DNA of 64,000 nucleotides from an uncultured delta proteobacterium (GTDB lineage Bacteria; Desulfobacterota; Binatia; UBA9968): NCBI GenBank assembly GCA_963745835.1, contig CAVUZH010000024.1, positions 288,001 to 352,000 of the forward strand, read 5' to 3'. Shown piece by piece: positions 42,257 to 52,458 of this stretch (position 1 is its first letter; each line of letters starts with the position of its first letter). The notes under the pieces were generated by a model. It saw only the letters and a program-made list of their open reading frames with translations, ran no database searches and was not told where the DNA came from. The position numbers and the translations under genes were made by a program.

Positions 42257-42874
42257 CTAAATCGTCTGAGAACCACTCACGAAGAATTCAATCACCACCG
42301 ATCGGTTATTCGCCCTTGTCGCAACGGTCGAATTTTCCGTCAAATAGGTTTGAGGCGGCGCGGCGATTACCGCCATGACACGCGACCGTGCGCTTTTTCC
42401 GAGCAGTCGAAAAACGTTTTGGGCTCTGCCTCTGCGCAAAAACAAGTTCCGGCGTTCAACATCCACGCAATCGCTGTAGCCGACAATGCGGAAAAATAAT
42501 GACTTGTCGGTTTCAAATCGATTCAGGTGATCTCTTAAAAGCTGTTCATTTCTCGCGGCCAGCTTGACGTGCCGCCAATCCACACCGAAATCACGGATTA
42601 CCAAATATCGGCACGAGACCACGACGTTTGGCAGCACCTGTCCCGGTTGTACCAAAACGACGTCCGGCGTCAGATGTCCCGCCGCAGTGCGTGAGATGGC
42701 AATCTCTTGCGCCTCATATGAAAAACAAGTGCTGCTTTTAATCTTGCCAAGTTCAGGACACCAGTGTTTTGGCACCAGCGGGTTTGTCGGCATCCGGGCG
42801 GGCGGTGTTCCTGGGACTACGGGCTGCGGCAAAGGGCCGCGAGGCTGTCCGAGACCGTTTAAATGGATATACAT
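42257..42874 (-). CDS. OmpA-like peptidoglycan-binding domain protein, leader MYIHLNGLGQP
   Basis: DFGVD, RIVGYSDC, NLFLRRGRAQNV and RANNRSVVIE; AAGGAG RBS. Confidence 0.75.
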   Translation of the reverse strand: MYIHLNGLGQPRGPLPQPVVPGTPPARMPTNPLVPKHWCPELGKIKSSTCFSYEAQEIAISRTAAGHLTPDVVLVQPGQVLPNVVVSCRYLVIRDFGVDWRHVKLAARNEQLLRDHLNRFETDKSLFFRIVGYSDCVDVERRNLFLRRGRAQNVFRLLGKSARSRVMAVIAAPPQTYLTENSTVATRANNRSVVIEFFVSGSQTI

Positions 42875-42997
42875 GAATTCGCTTCTCCTTTATCGCATCC
42901 CTTGTAACCTCGAAGTCGTTTGGCTCGGCTCCGACTCCGTTTGTTCGGAGTTAATTTTGTCTCACTAGCCAATTTCCAGTTCAAAGATGGGCCTCGC

Positions 42998-44236
42998 TTA
43001 GAACGGGAAATCGAGCGAGCGCTCGGCGGCAGCGTAGCTGCGGCGACGGCTCTCGTGCCCTGCTGCCCCTCCAGCGTGGTGATCGAGGAAACGATGTTCG
43101 TTTTGTCGGCCGTTGAAAATGTTACTGCGTCTTTTCCGAACAGCCGCGCGCTGTCGCTGCCAAGCCCGTCGGCTGCATGAACCGGGTTGCGGACATACAG
43201 GTGCCGTACCTCGTGAGCCATTGCGCGACCCAGCGCGATTCCACCAGTTCCTTTTGCTGGGCCGTCCACATAGCCTTGTCCTTGGGAATGTTGTTCTTCT
43301 TGGTGCTGCGGCCGTCGCGATAATCCCGCCGGGATGTATTCCTTGTTAAGGTAATCAATCAGTTCGTTCACCCTGACCGCGCTCGCCATCAGCGGCGCTG
43401 CGACCTGCGTTCCGCCGGCCACTGGCGTCACAAACTTGTTCATCGACGCGATTCCGTACCTCTCAGGATTCAGGCGCGTCGGTCGGGGGCGGGAATTCTG
43501 AACGGTTGCCCAAGGCGTCGATGGCCCGGTTGAGGTTGTTTACTTGCTGCCTGAGCGCCCAATAAACATGAATGTTCGGAGGAGTATTGGGATCGGTTAC
43601 GCTAACAACTGCATCGGAAAAATTGAACGCGTCGGGAAAGCGGCGGGGCTCGGCAAAGATCACAGTCATCGGCGCGTTGCCGTTGACGAACGCGAATTGG
43701 CCGGCTATCTCTTCGCCGGCGCGGGTCCGCGTCTCCGGAGGCAAGCTTCTGAAAGCTCATTGTCGACGACGAAAATAGTGCGACTGTTGACCGCGCCGCG
43801 TGCAAGCTGAACCGCCAGCCAGGGTGAACGATATTTGTGCAGATGTCTCGAATTCTTGTGAGAAGCTTTTGTTGTTTGTCCTTGGGCTGCTGCTTGAAAC
43901 GGCCCAGAACGTCGGGATGGCGGGCGAAAAAGATTAGTTGACCGATTTTACGTTCGGTGGAGCTGTTATGCAGCGCAGGCCTGACGTCGGCCTTCAGGAT
44001 CCGGCTCCACTCGGCCGTCTCTTTGGTGTTCGGTTTCGGTGGTCGACCCTTTAAATTCGGATGGCGGGCCCAAAAGACGAGGTTCGTGAGGCTGGCGGCG
44101 AGCTTGGCTATAGTGATGGGCCCGCTTTGAGGGGAGACGTCAGCTAATGGCGTGTACCTTCGGAACTCATTGATGGGAGCATCGTAAGAGTATGACGTCG
44201 GGATTCGCCCAAACCTTCGTGCGTTCGGATATACAT
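42998..44236 (-). CDS. Multi-frameshifted HExxH protein, leader MYIRTHEGLGE
   Basis: GGAGGA RBS and ATG at 44236; LTNLVFWARHP...EWSRIL module; AMAHEVRHLY; stop TAA at 42998. Confidence 0.6.
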
Positions 44237-44251
44237 TTTATCCTCCGCAGT

Positions 44252-45598
44252 TTACGGGTTGTTTGCCCTGACCAGCTGGTCCACGTCTTTGACGAAACTG
44301 TTTAGGAACAACTTCGTCTTCGATTCAGGTTCACCTTTCCGCAACACCAAGACCGCCAGCGTATAACGACGGTTACCGGATGCGGACTCGAGCAGCGTCG
44401 CCACTGATGCATGACGTCCGAGGTGAGTCCGCACTTGGTAGCGCGAACCTTGATGTCTGGCAATGGGAAAAGGATCGAGGGGGAAGATGCAGCCTTGCTT
44501 GAGCAATGCTTCCATCGCCAGGGAGGCCGACTCGTTGACGAGTCGGCGTTGCGCCAACAGCGTGAACAACGTAACCACCGAAAGCGCTGTCAGACTCGAA
44601 CTCCGTGTCGTCCGTCGGATCCTGATACCACAATATTCGTTCTCTCTCTCCTTCGGGCGTCTTGTAGCGTGTTCTGTAGTTGCATTTGGAGTTGGTCGTC
44701 GCCAGGATCTTCGCTTGCTGGTAGGTGTTCCTCACCCATAAAGCCTCGGACCCGCGAGTGGCGCAGACCCGACTGCCACAACACTCATGCGATGTACTGG
44801 AAGCCGAGACGCATGATGAGCTGATTGGCTTGCCCCACGCTGCTATTGGAGAAGGCTGCGATCACCATCTGTTTCAGATGTAAATCGAGGGACCGGCTGG
44901 CCTTCGCTTTAACGGTCGGCCCGCTCGAGTCGAACTCCACGAGCCAGTCCAGGTCAGGTGGGCAGATTAGCTGGGACCAAACTTCGTCGGCCTTCTTCTT
45001 CAGCTCGGCGGCGGTCTTGAGGCCTCCGCTACGACCCATCTCGTTGAGGTCGAAAAGAAGCTGGTGCGCAGCATACAGAATCGCGATTTTCACAGTGCTC
45101 CCGCCGGTGATGGGGAACGTCGAGCCCCAATCGGCATACCCAGGCTTGCAGATTTTGGCGCCGGTCAAGTCAACCACCGCCACTCTCAGCCTGTCACCGG
45201 GGCTCGCATCACGTTTGTGTTTACTCTGGTCGGCCAGCATGATCGCGTATTTGGTAAGGACCAAACTCTGTAGCTTCGCATGGAGCACGGTGTCGAATTC
45301 GTGAAAACCGTCGCTCGCCCTGAAGAAGCCGGGGTCCATCGCCGCGCGCATCATGGTTCTTGGAGCCGCGACGCTGGTGCAACACTTTGCCGTCGGCGCA
45401 GGCGCGGGGCACGTGCTGGTGCGGGACACATTTGAGCGCCGAAAGGCACGCGAGATCCGGCGCGGCTTGACCTAACACATACTCTCCGGTTCCATCGATC
45501 GACTGAGGGTCGCGATAGACCTTGGAAGGCCGCAAAAGAATGGGAGTTTCGCTATGAAGACCTTGCGCTCTGGATGGTTCGCGATCGTAGATATACAT
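44252..45598 (-). CDS. Serine beta-lactamase/PBP-like (SxxK) hydrolase, leader MYIYD...VLGQAAP; several frameshifts
   Basis: VAVVDLT, GSTVKIAILYAAHQL (SxxK), SNSSVGQANQLI and a KCG-type triad; pieced together from ORFs 45221-45616, 44785-45429 and 44252-44578. Confidence 0.65.
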
Positions 45599-45687
45599 GA
45601 GTTTAGATGCTCCCACTTAGTCGACGTTCGTTCGGTTGATAATCGTCGACCAGAGCATCACCGGTTGGTCTTGCACTCACTCTTTCT

Positions 45688-46542
45688 TCATTGAAGTTTT
45701 GCTTTGCACGCGGCAACGCTCGCAGGATCGGCAGCCGCAGCTCCGCCACAGGCGAAGACTTCGTAGCAGTGGGCACTATTTCTTTTCCGCTCTTTTTGGT
45801 CGTGCTGAAACCAGGAGCAAGTCAGGCCAAAACATAAGTGAAACATCTCATGAAGGATCGTGCCCTCCTGCCAGAGGGTTTTCAGTTGCCAGAAGGGTGG
45901 ACACAGCCATACCTCGTTCTTGCACAAAAAGGCCATGGCCACATTGTCAACAACGATGGTTTCGGTAGGGTGGCAAGATCGAGATGGAGGCGAAGGTACG
46001 GGTACGAGATCAGGCCCTGGCACGCCGGGGCGCTCAACTATTTGAAAATTGCCCAGGCCATCCAGACTGCGAACGGCGCCGCCATTGCTACAGCCGCCTA
46101 CGCTCTTCATGGTTTGACAGCGATCGACGTTGACACATCGATAGATCGTGTCACTCGTTTCCAACTCGTTTGCGACAGCGCGGAAACGGCCGGCTACAAG
46201 GGCGCCCGCAGCTATTGTGCGGCCGGGGCGGCCAGGCACTTCCCACAGATCGCTCGGAGCTTGACCGAAAACCTGGCCGAACACCGTGACCACGACCGGA
46301 CTCAGGTGTCTGGTCTGAAGCAGGGCCGCAGCTTTTTTGGCAAGATTGATTGCGCCGAGCACCCTATCGCACAGAGCTTTTCGCTGCTTGCACGAGCTGG
46401 AAGGGGAAGGACAGTCGGGGCTGCAAACGAATTTCAAGGGTGGACAAGCCTGCGTTCTGGCTTCGCTAACCCCCCCGATCACGCCCGGCCCATCATAAAC
46501 AAGGCCGCCATGCGGCGCGTCGCCGATCATCTGGTAAGCCAT
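45688..46542 (-). CDS. M35/lysine-specific metalloendopeptidase-like protein, leader MAYQMIG...GGVSE
   Basis: VWLCPPFW, TILHEMFH and NSAHCYEVF; Cys-rich; AGGAGG RBS. Confidence 0.7.
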   Translation of the reverse strand: MAYQMIGDAPHGGLVYDGPGVIGGVSEARTQACPPLKFVCSPDCPSPSSSCKQRKALCDRVLGAINLAKKAAALLQTRHLSPVVVTVFGQVFGQAPSDLWEVPGRPGRTIAAGALVAGRFRAVANELETSDTIYRCVNVDRCQTMKSVGGCSNGGAVRSLDGLGNFQIVERPGVPGPDLVPVPSPPSRSCHPTETIVVDNVAMAFLCKNEVWLCPPFWQLKTLWQEGTILHEMFHLCFGLTCSWFQHDQKERKRNSAHCYEVFACGGAAAADPASVAACKAKLQ

Positions 46543-46613
46543 GGCTGCCTCCTATTTGTTTGGACTGTTCTCATGATGCTGCGCCATGACAGCTTCTCGG
46601 CTTGCGGCAACTC

Positions 46614-47516
46614 TCACTTACTCCGCACAGCAGGCCGGCCTTTGGGCCGGACAGCGTTCTCGGGCCGGAAGCTGGTTCTCACGACCCGAATAGCTCCAGT
46701 GGCGGCAGCACCGAGTCCGGCCGTTCGCGGCTGTCCCGCAACGGCCACCGGACCGCAACGGTTTGTCACGGCGCATCTTGCTTCGAAGCCTGGGTCTAGC
46801 GGACTGTCGTTCGTCGCCGCGACGAATTGTGCCAGGCATTCCGCTACGCCAATGGTTGAGCCTCTCGCATCAACAGTGCAGTGATACAAGTGTGACGCCT
46901 CATGAATAATTGTCTGTGCCTGAAACTCCGCGTGGATCTTCGGATCGACGGTGGCTATCCAAAAGTTTCTGCAAAGACGGATGATGGTGGGCTCGGTGCG
47001 ACGGCAGGTAGGATCTATGAGAACGTACGCCCAGTCGCCACTAGCGCACTGGGGACCGTGACAAACATACAGGATCGCATTACTCGCAATCAGATTTCTA
47101 ACTCGCGTCAATCTGCGGATTACTTCCGCTACCGACCTATTCACGAGCGTACCCGCAGTCCAAACCCCGATATCATCAACGCATACGCCCAACCGATTCC
47201 TCAGCCACTCCAAGATAACGTCGCCTAGCAGAGGCCACGCCGGCGTTTGCCCGGCGCAGACGGCGTTCCTCGCATTCACCAGTTCGCCGATCGTATTGTC
47301 CAGCATCTCAATAGCTCTGGCGACAGCGGCGGCAATGACTTTACCTGGATCGCTGATACCAAAAGGGCTGCGTTTGGCGCAGGTTCCGAACAGCTTCTTT
47401 GTGGTGAACGGGGTAACGGTCTCGAGTGGGGGAATGCGAACCTTGTTGTCGCACGTCCGCGGTGTAAGCGGCGGCTCACCGTAACGCGCACCGGTCAGGG
47501 AACGTGGATATACCAT
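46614..47516 (-). CDS. M35-like metallopeptidase, leader MVYPRSLTGARYGEPP
   Basis: IRLCRNFW, TIIHEASH and AECLAQFV. Confidence 0.7.
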   Translation of the reverse strand: MVYPRSLTGARYGEPPLTPRTCDNKVRIPPLETVTPFTTKKLFGTCAKRSPFGISDPGKVIAAAVARAIEMLDNTIGELVNARNAVCAGQTPAWPLLGDVILEWLRNRLGVCVDDIGVWTAGTLVNRSVAEVIRRLTRVRNLIASNAILYVCHGPQCASGDWAYVLIDPTCRRTEPTIIRLCRNFWIATVDPKIHAEFQAQTIIHEASHLYHCTVDARGSTIGVAECLAQFVAATNDSPLDPGFEARCAVTNRCGPVAVAGQPRTAGLGAAATGAIRVVRTSFRPENAVRPKGRPAVRSK

Positions 47517-47675
47517 TGATTCATGCCTCACTTTCGATCGCGGAGTTCAGCAGCCTTGAGCTGAACATCATTTCCTCTGGCTTTAGCGGGATCACCATGC
47601 GATCGCATGCGGATAAAAACTGCCGGCTACCCACTTCCACTGGGATTTCGCGTCACCGACATGGAATACCACCCT

Positions 47676-48647
47676 TCATCTGATCGGTGTTTTCGCTGCG
47701 GCGCGAACCGCGCCCCGAATTGCATCTTTGGCTTCGCTGCCGAGATCAGTTTCATCCAGCGCCCGAGTCAACAGACTCTCGGCTCCCCTTTCGAGGGCAG
47801 CATGAGCGGCATTTCGAATTGGGCCGCGGAGCGATGGCGGCACGCCTATCCTGGTCATGGTTGAATTCAAGTTGTCATCAACTTTTTTCCAAAACATTTC
47901 GCTGAAGGACCGTCGCTGCGGGGAGGGCGGCAGAGTTCGTAATATGCGTTCGATCCGTTGTGCCGCCGTTTCCGGCTCTGTCGGTGCAATTCGGCGCGCC
48001 GCTTCGGCGGGCGAGGGAACGCGCACGAGCGCCGGCACCGGCATCGGCGTTGGACCCACCCAGAGATAAATCTCCACCTTGGCGGAGTCCGAAACCCCGC
48101 GGTCTTCGATGATCCAGCGCAGGCGCGTCGCGAGTCCCGGCCGCACCGTATTGAGCGCGCCGAGCAGTGCGTCACGCACCGCGACCGCGCGGCTTTGGCC
48201 GAGATCGGGCTGCGACTCGCGGGCATCGATGTAGCCGGTGATTCGAACGGAAGTCACAGGCGACTCGCCGGTCCAACTGCGCGCGATGAATTCCGCAGCG
48301 CGCCTGATGCTTTCGAGCTGAGACGCGCGGAGACTCGCGCCTCCGGGCGGGAAGCCGGTCATCGTCGCGAAAGCGGGCATGCGAAGCTGCAAGCCGCCGG
48401 TGAGAGGACCCCTAGGCCGTGGCAACGCTTCGCCAAAACGGCCCCAACCGCTCAGGGCCGGCGCCACAGGTCGAACGCGCACCAGTGGAGTTGGCGGCGT
48501 GGCTTCTGTTTCTTCACGCTCGTAGCGTTCGCCTAGACCGGATGTGTTGTTGCGCGCAGTTTTCCGACAGCCGCGGCAGCCACACCCCGAACCGCAGCCA
48601 AATGATCCGAGCGCTGAATCCGCTTCAGGAATACGAACGTAAGCCAT
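47676..48647 (-). CDS. OmpA-like domain protein with a Cys-rich leader (MAYVRIP...ALGS...CGCRGC...GLGE...RFGE)
   Basis: GFPPGGASL, VRITGYID and LGQSRAVAVRDAL. Confidence 0.65.
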   Translation of the reverse strand: MAYVRIPEADSALGSFGCGSGCGCRGCRKTARNNTSGLGERYEREETEATPPTPLVRVRPVAPALSGWGRFGEALPRPRGPLTGGLQLRMPAFATMTGFPPGGASLRASQLESIRRAAEFIARSWTGESPVTSVRITGYIDARESQPDLGQSRAVAVRDALLGALNTVRPGLATRLRWIIEDRGVSDSAKVEIYLWVGPTPMPVPALVRVPSPAEAARRIAPTEPETAAQRIERILRTLPPSPQRRSFSEMFWKKVDDNLNSTMTRIGVPPSLRGPIRNAAHAALERGAESLLTRALDETDLGSEAKDAIRGAVRAAAKTPIR

Positions 48648-48680
48648 TGCATCGCACCTGGAAGCTATCCGTCTCAACTG

Positions 48681-49139
48681 TTAATTTTTGCCGCCTTTCG
48701 CGGAGACGCCGGAATTCGGTTCCAGCTCCTTCAGTTCGCGCAAAAGGTTTTCAATCCGCGCATTAAAATATCCCTTGTCTTTCTGCTGCGCATCGCGCTT
48801 CTCGCTCAGCTGCCGGACCTTCTCTTTGATGAAAAACGCCACGGCATCGGCGCTGCTTTTCTTATATCGGCCCAGTTGTTTATCGAGAGCACCGGAGAAA
48901 AACTCGGCCGCGGTGATTCTCTCGTTGAGTCGTTCTTCGGACTCTCTCGCTTCGCGGTGCCTTCGCACCAGACCGTCGAGGCTGAGTTCCCGCATCGCCG
49001 TCTCGTCAGCAAGCGCCTGCACCCATTCTCCTTGAATCGATGTGCGGTGATTTTTTAAGTCTTGAATGGCGCTCGTGGTCCTCTCGCGAGCCTCTACCAA
49101 GTTGCGGATTTTGGCCGTCAACTCGGAGGGGACGCCCAT
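48681..49139 (-). CDS. Coiled-coil hypothetical protein
   Basis: Charged heptad pattern along the whole length. Confidence 0.6.
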   Translation of the reverse strand: MGVPSELTAKIRNLVEARERTTSAIQDLKNHRTSIQGEWVQALADETAMRELSLDGLVRRHREARESEERLNERITAAEFFSGALDKQLGRYKKSSADAVAFFIKEKVRQLSEKRDAQQKDKGYFNARIENLLRELKELEPNSGVSAKGGKN

Positions 49140-49208
49140 CGGAGTTTCGCCGGGGTTTGGAAGCAATTTCCCGTCTTACTCGAACATGCGTGCGTGCCCT
49201 GGCCATAA

Positions 49209-50598
49209 TCAAAGTCCCTTGCGGCGCCAAAAGATTTCCCATTCGAGCAACATCGCATTCGAGTCATAGCCGGCGGACTCCAGCGTTTCGAGCGCCCAGC
49301 GGCGGATCTTCGGATGCGAGAGCGCGCCCTTCGGCGGTATCACGCCCCAGAGTTGATCGTCGAAATTTTTTCCACGCAGGGTCTGTTGCCAATGGCGCAA
49401 TTGATTGCGCTTCGCGAAAACAAATGCTCAGGCCCCGAACAATGGAGGCCAGAGCGCCACCAAAAATCGATCCGGCATGCATTTCGTAGAGCGCTTCTTC
49501 GCGCGTAAGCTTGAATTCCCAAGGCTTAATGAAACGTTCCGGGATCGAGTATTTCCGCTGCTGCGGTTCCTCTGCAGCTTGACCGGACGGCGCTGATCTA
49601 GCGGCATTTGCCTGCGCCTTCTCTGCACCACCCGCTAGCCGCGCGTCGGCCGTGGGATCTTGCGCGACCCGCAAGCGAAAGACCCGCTCATATGGAAAGA
49701 TCATTCCAGGCGGCCGTTGATACTGGGGAACGACGGCATGGCGTGGCCTGGGTAGCCCCTGAAGACCCAGCACGCGCGATACCGACTCGGTAACGAACTG
49801 GATCTGGTTCGGGAACGCATCGCAGCCTAGTTCGGCAGCGAGAGCCGTGAGCGGTTGCGCTGTGGTAGCTTCGTAGAGCTGGAGATAGCACGGGAGCCGA
49901 TGAGCGTCGCGCAGGCGCTCAGCATGCGCCAACTGCGGCGTCAGCATCGCTCTAAAATCGCCGAGCTGCACGAGCCGTTTTTGGCCGGGTTCGGCAAAGA
50001 GGTGTCTGTACGGCCCCGCTTCGTCGTTGGTTGCCGCCGGATTCTCCAACGCTGGGCTTCCGGATGCTCTTGAGTTGCGCTGCGGCTCGAGCTTTTCATC
50101 TCGTCGTTTCACCGTGCTGTAACTGTCCTTAGCGTCGTCGGCTGTCGCTGAAGGCTCGGCGGGAAGCTCGACAGCATCGTCGCGGTTCAGACCGGCTGTC
50201 GCGATTTCCAGGATCTCACCGCGAGTTCCGGAAAATACCTGTTGCAGCGGACGAATCGTGCCAGCGCTATGTTCGTACAGCCGTCCCTGCTGATCGCGCA
50301 GAATTTCACCCTGCACGATCCGGGCGTGCATCGCTGCGGGCGGCGCTCCGGTTAACGCACGAGGCAAACTAGGCAGCGTCCGGTGAGACTTTTCCGCCGG
50401 CGCATTCGGGATCTCCCATGACTGCGATTCATGCTCAGGCACCAAAGTGATCCGTGTCCTCTGCAGCGGCGTACCCTGATAAACGATCGACGGCATGAGC
50501 TCGCCCTTTAGGGCGACCAGTACTACCCGGCCGCCGAATTCCACCCCGGCATGGCGCGACCTGCCATAAAAATTTGTAGTGCCGAAAGGATGGGTCAT
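49209..50598 (-). CDS. Hypothetical protein (frameshift near 49400; start may be at MPSIVYQG)
   Basis: ORF 49264-50598 continues into 49209-49400 (WQQTLRGK...EWEIFWRRKGL). Confidence 0.6.
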
Positions 50599-50698
50599 GG
50601 GAATTCCTCCTTGCCGGACTCATGCGCTAGTAGCAGCGCAGCCCAGCTCAAGACTTTTCAGATTGAAACTGCTCGAACCGCTCGAACGCTTGTTGCAC

Positions 50699-51236
50699 CT
50701 ACTTGGCCACATGAATGTGATCGCGATGGGCGTGCAGCAATGCATCGCTGATGAAGATCCATGGCCCCTCGCTCCGCGTCCATGGACCGAAGAGCTGGAT
50801 CGGATAACCGTACGGCTGCGCCCAGCGCCCATGGAGTTGGAGCGCTTTGTAAAGGCGCCAGCCGAGATTTCTGCGCCGCTCTTCGCGTTCGATGCCGTGC
50901 CTCGCCTCAAGATCGTCAGCTTGAGCACTGCGTCGCCATCGCATCGGTCCAACGTTTTTTCCAGATACTGAGCCCGAACCCGCCCACGGCGTAGATGTCG
51001 GCCGCGCGGCCAACCTTGTGATGACCGACGATGCCCGGCTTAAAGAAAATGCCCACGGGACGAGCGGTGCTGTAGCCCGCCTCGCGCGAAAACCGCTCCA
51101 GTGCTCGGCACAGTTCAGCCGCAAGCTCGGGCGTAACGAGAGCGTTTGTCGGAGGCGAATCGACGCGATAGCCGATTCCCGAAGGGACCGCCACTCGTTG
51201 GAAGCTCGATCTTGAAACAATGTCATACAACATCAA
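50699..51236 (-). CDS. Peptidase M15/extensin-like Zn peptidase (putative peptidoglycan hydrolase); frameshift near 50940
   Basis: HHKVGRAADI and HRDHIHV (H-x6-D ... HxH) in joined frames. Confidence 0.7.
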
Positions 51237-51696
51237 CCGTAAACAGGGTTGTACCAGTAGCGGCCCATCAGTCTGCCGCCCACCTGCTTCACGTCCGCAG
51301 CGCTGTCGTTTAAACGACGCACGACGAACTCGAGCGTGGCACTCTCGTCTAGTCGAAGCGAGACTTCGAAGCTGCCGTTACCCCATGGATTAACGATGTG
51401 CTCGAAGCTTGACATAGGGATACAAAGGTCTCTTGTTCACCATAATCAGCCACTGCAATCCTGGCGTCGCGACTTGCGAGGGATCTTTGGCGTGCGCATC
51501 GGTAAACTGCGCAAAGAAGCGGAGCACGCCGCAATATTGCGGCGGCAGCTCGAAACGCGCCAGGACAACTTGCTGACCCACCCGAGGAGCATCCTCTATT
51601 TTTGACTCATCGAAATGCTGCGAGTCTAGCGGTATGCCGCAGATCGGGCAGTCGGCCGCTCGAACGACCGTCGACTGTTTACTTGCGCGCTCTCAT
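51233..51696 (-). CDS. Small beta-sandwich protein, putative penton/minor capsid-like; two frameshifts
   Basis: Rebuilt: CPICGIPLDSQHFDES...VVLARFELPPQYCGVLRFFAQ...WLIMVNKRPL...LEFVVRR...VGGRLMGRYWY; ATGA overlap with the upstream gene. Confidence 0.55.
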
Positions 51697-52458
51697 CGTC
51701 GTCTCCCGAGACGCTGTACTCTGCCGGTTGGCGTGCCGCTTTCCCCAAGGACCTTATAGCCGTGCAGAGCGACGTGCAGCTCGCCTTGGAAATCCGAGAC
51801 CTCGCGCACCTCCAGGCGTATGGTTGACTGCGGCGCAAAAACAATCGGCTTGGCGAAATATCGAAAGGGCCGGTCGCCATTGGAGATGCCCAAGCCCGCC
51901 GTGCTGAGAATCGGTTCGCTCTGAAATTCGCGGCCAGAGCCTTCGTCAAACAGCGAGTACAAGAACTGGATGTTTTCCGGCGGGGCCGCAACTACCTGAA
52001 AGAGATTTTCCAGGACGCTCGGATCCAACGGAATATTGCCGCCGTTCTGCAGCGCGAGTTCCACAATATCTGGATTAAGTTTGAAACCGTTTTTGAGCAC
52101 CGCTTCCGCTCCGGTCTCGCGCTTGAGTAGCCGGGACGTCTCGGGCAGCTTGGCATCGAGGCCGTCGAGCAGCGGACCGATCACATCGTGCAAGCTGAAT
52201 CGTTGGCCGGCGTCGTGACAAGGATGATCGGCGCCGAAAGCTTGGGACCGAAAGTCAGCGCGGCGACCTTCGGCACCAGTCCGTAACCGATGGAAACGGC
52301 AACGAAGGTCGCTTCGATACTTACGGTGACGGTACGATTAAGAACGTTGTCGCGCCTGCCGGTCAGATCGTAGCGGAAGGCGTATTCGAACGGCACCGTG
52401 CGCCGCGACGTCAAGGCTCGGTCTTCGGCAAATCCCGACGTGACTGAGCCGGCGTCAT
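51693..52458 (-). CDS. Single-repeat jelly-roll-like protein (putative minor capsid protein); frameshifted
   Basis: VPFEYAF...FVAVSIGYGL...FLYSLFDEGSGREFQSEPI...GLGISNGDRPFR...IVFAPQSTIRLEV...HGYKVLG, homologous to both repeats of the upstream gene. Confidence 0.65.

Noticed and set aside
44252-45598. Bona fide antibiotic-resistance beta-lactamase
   Set aside because: Only divergent SxxK/KCG motifs, no signal peptide, and frameshifted; the fold-level call does not imply resistance
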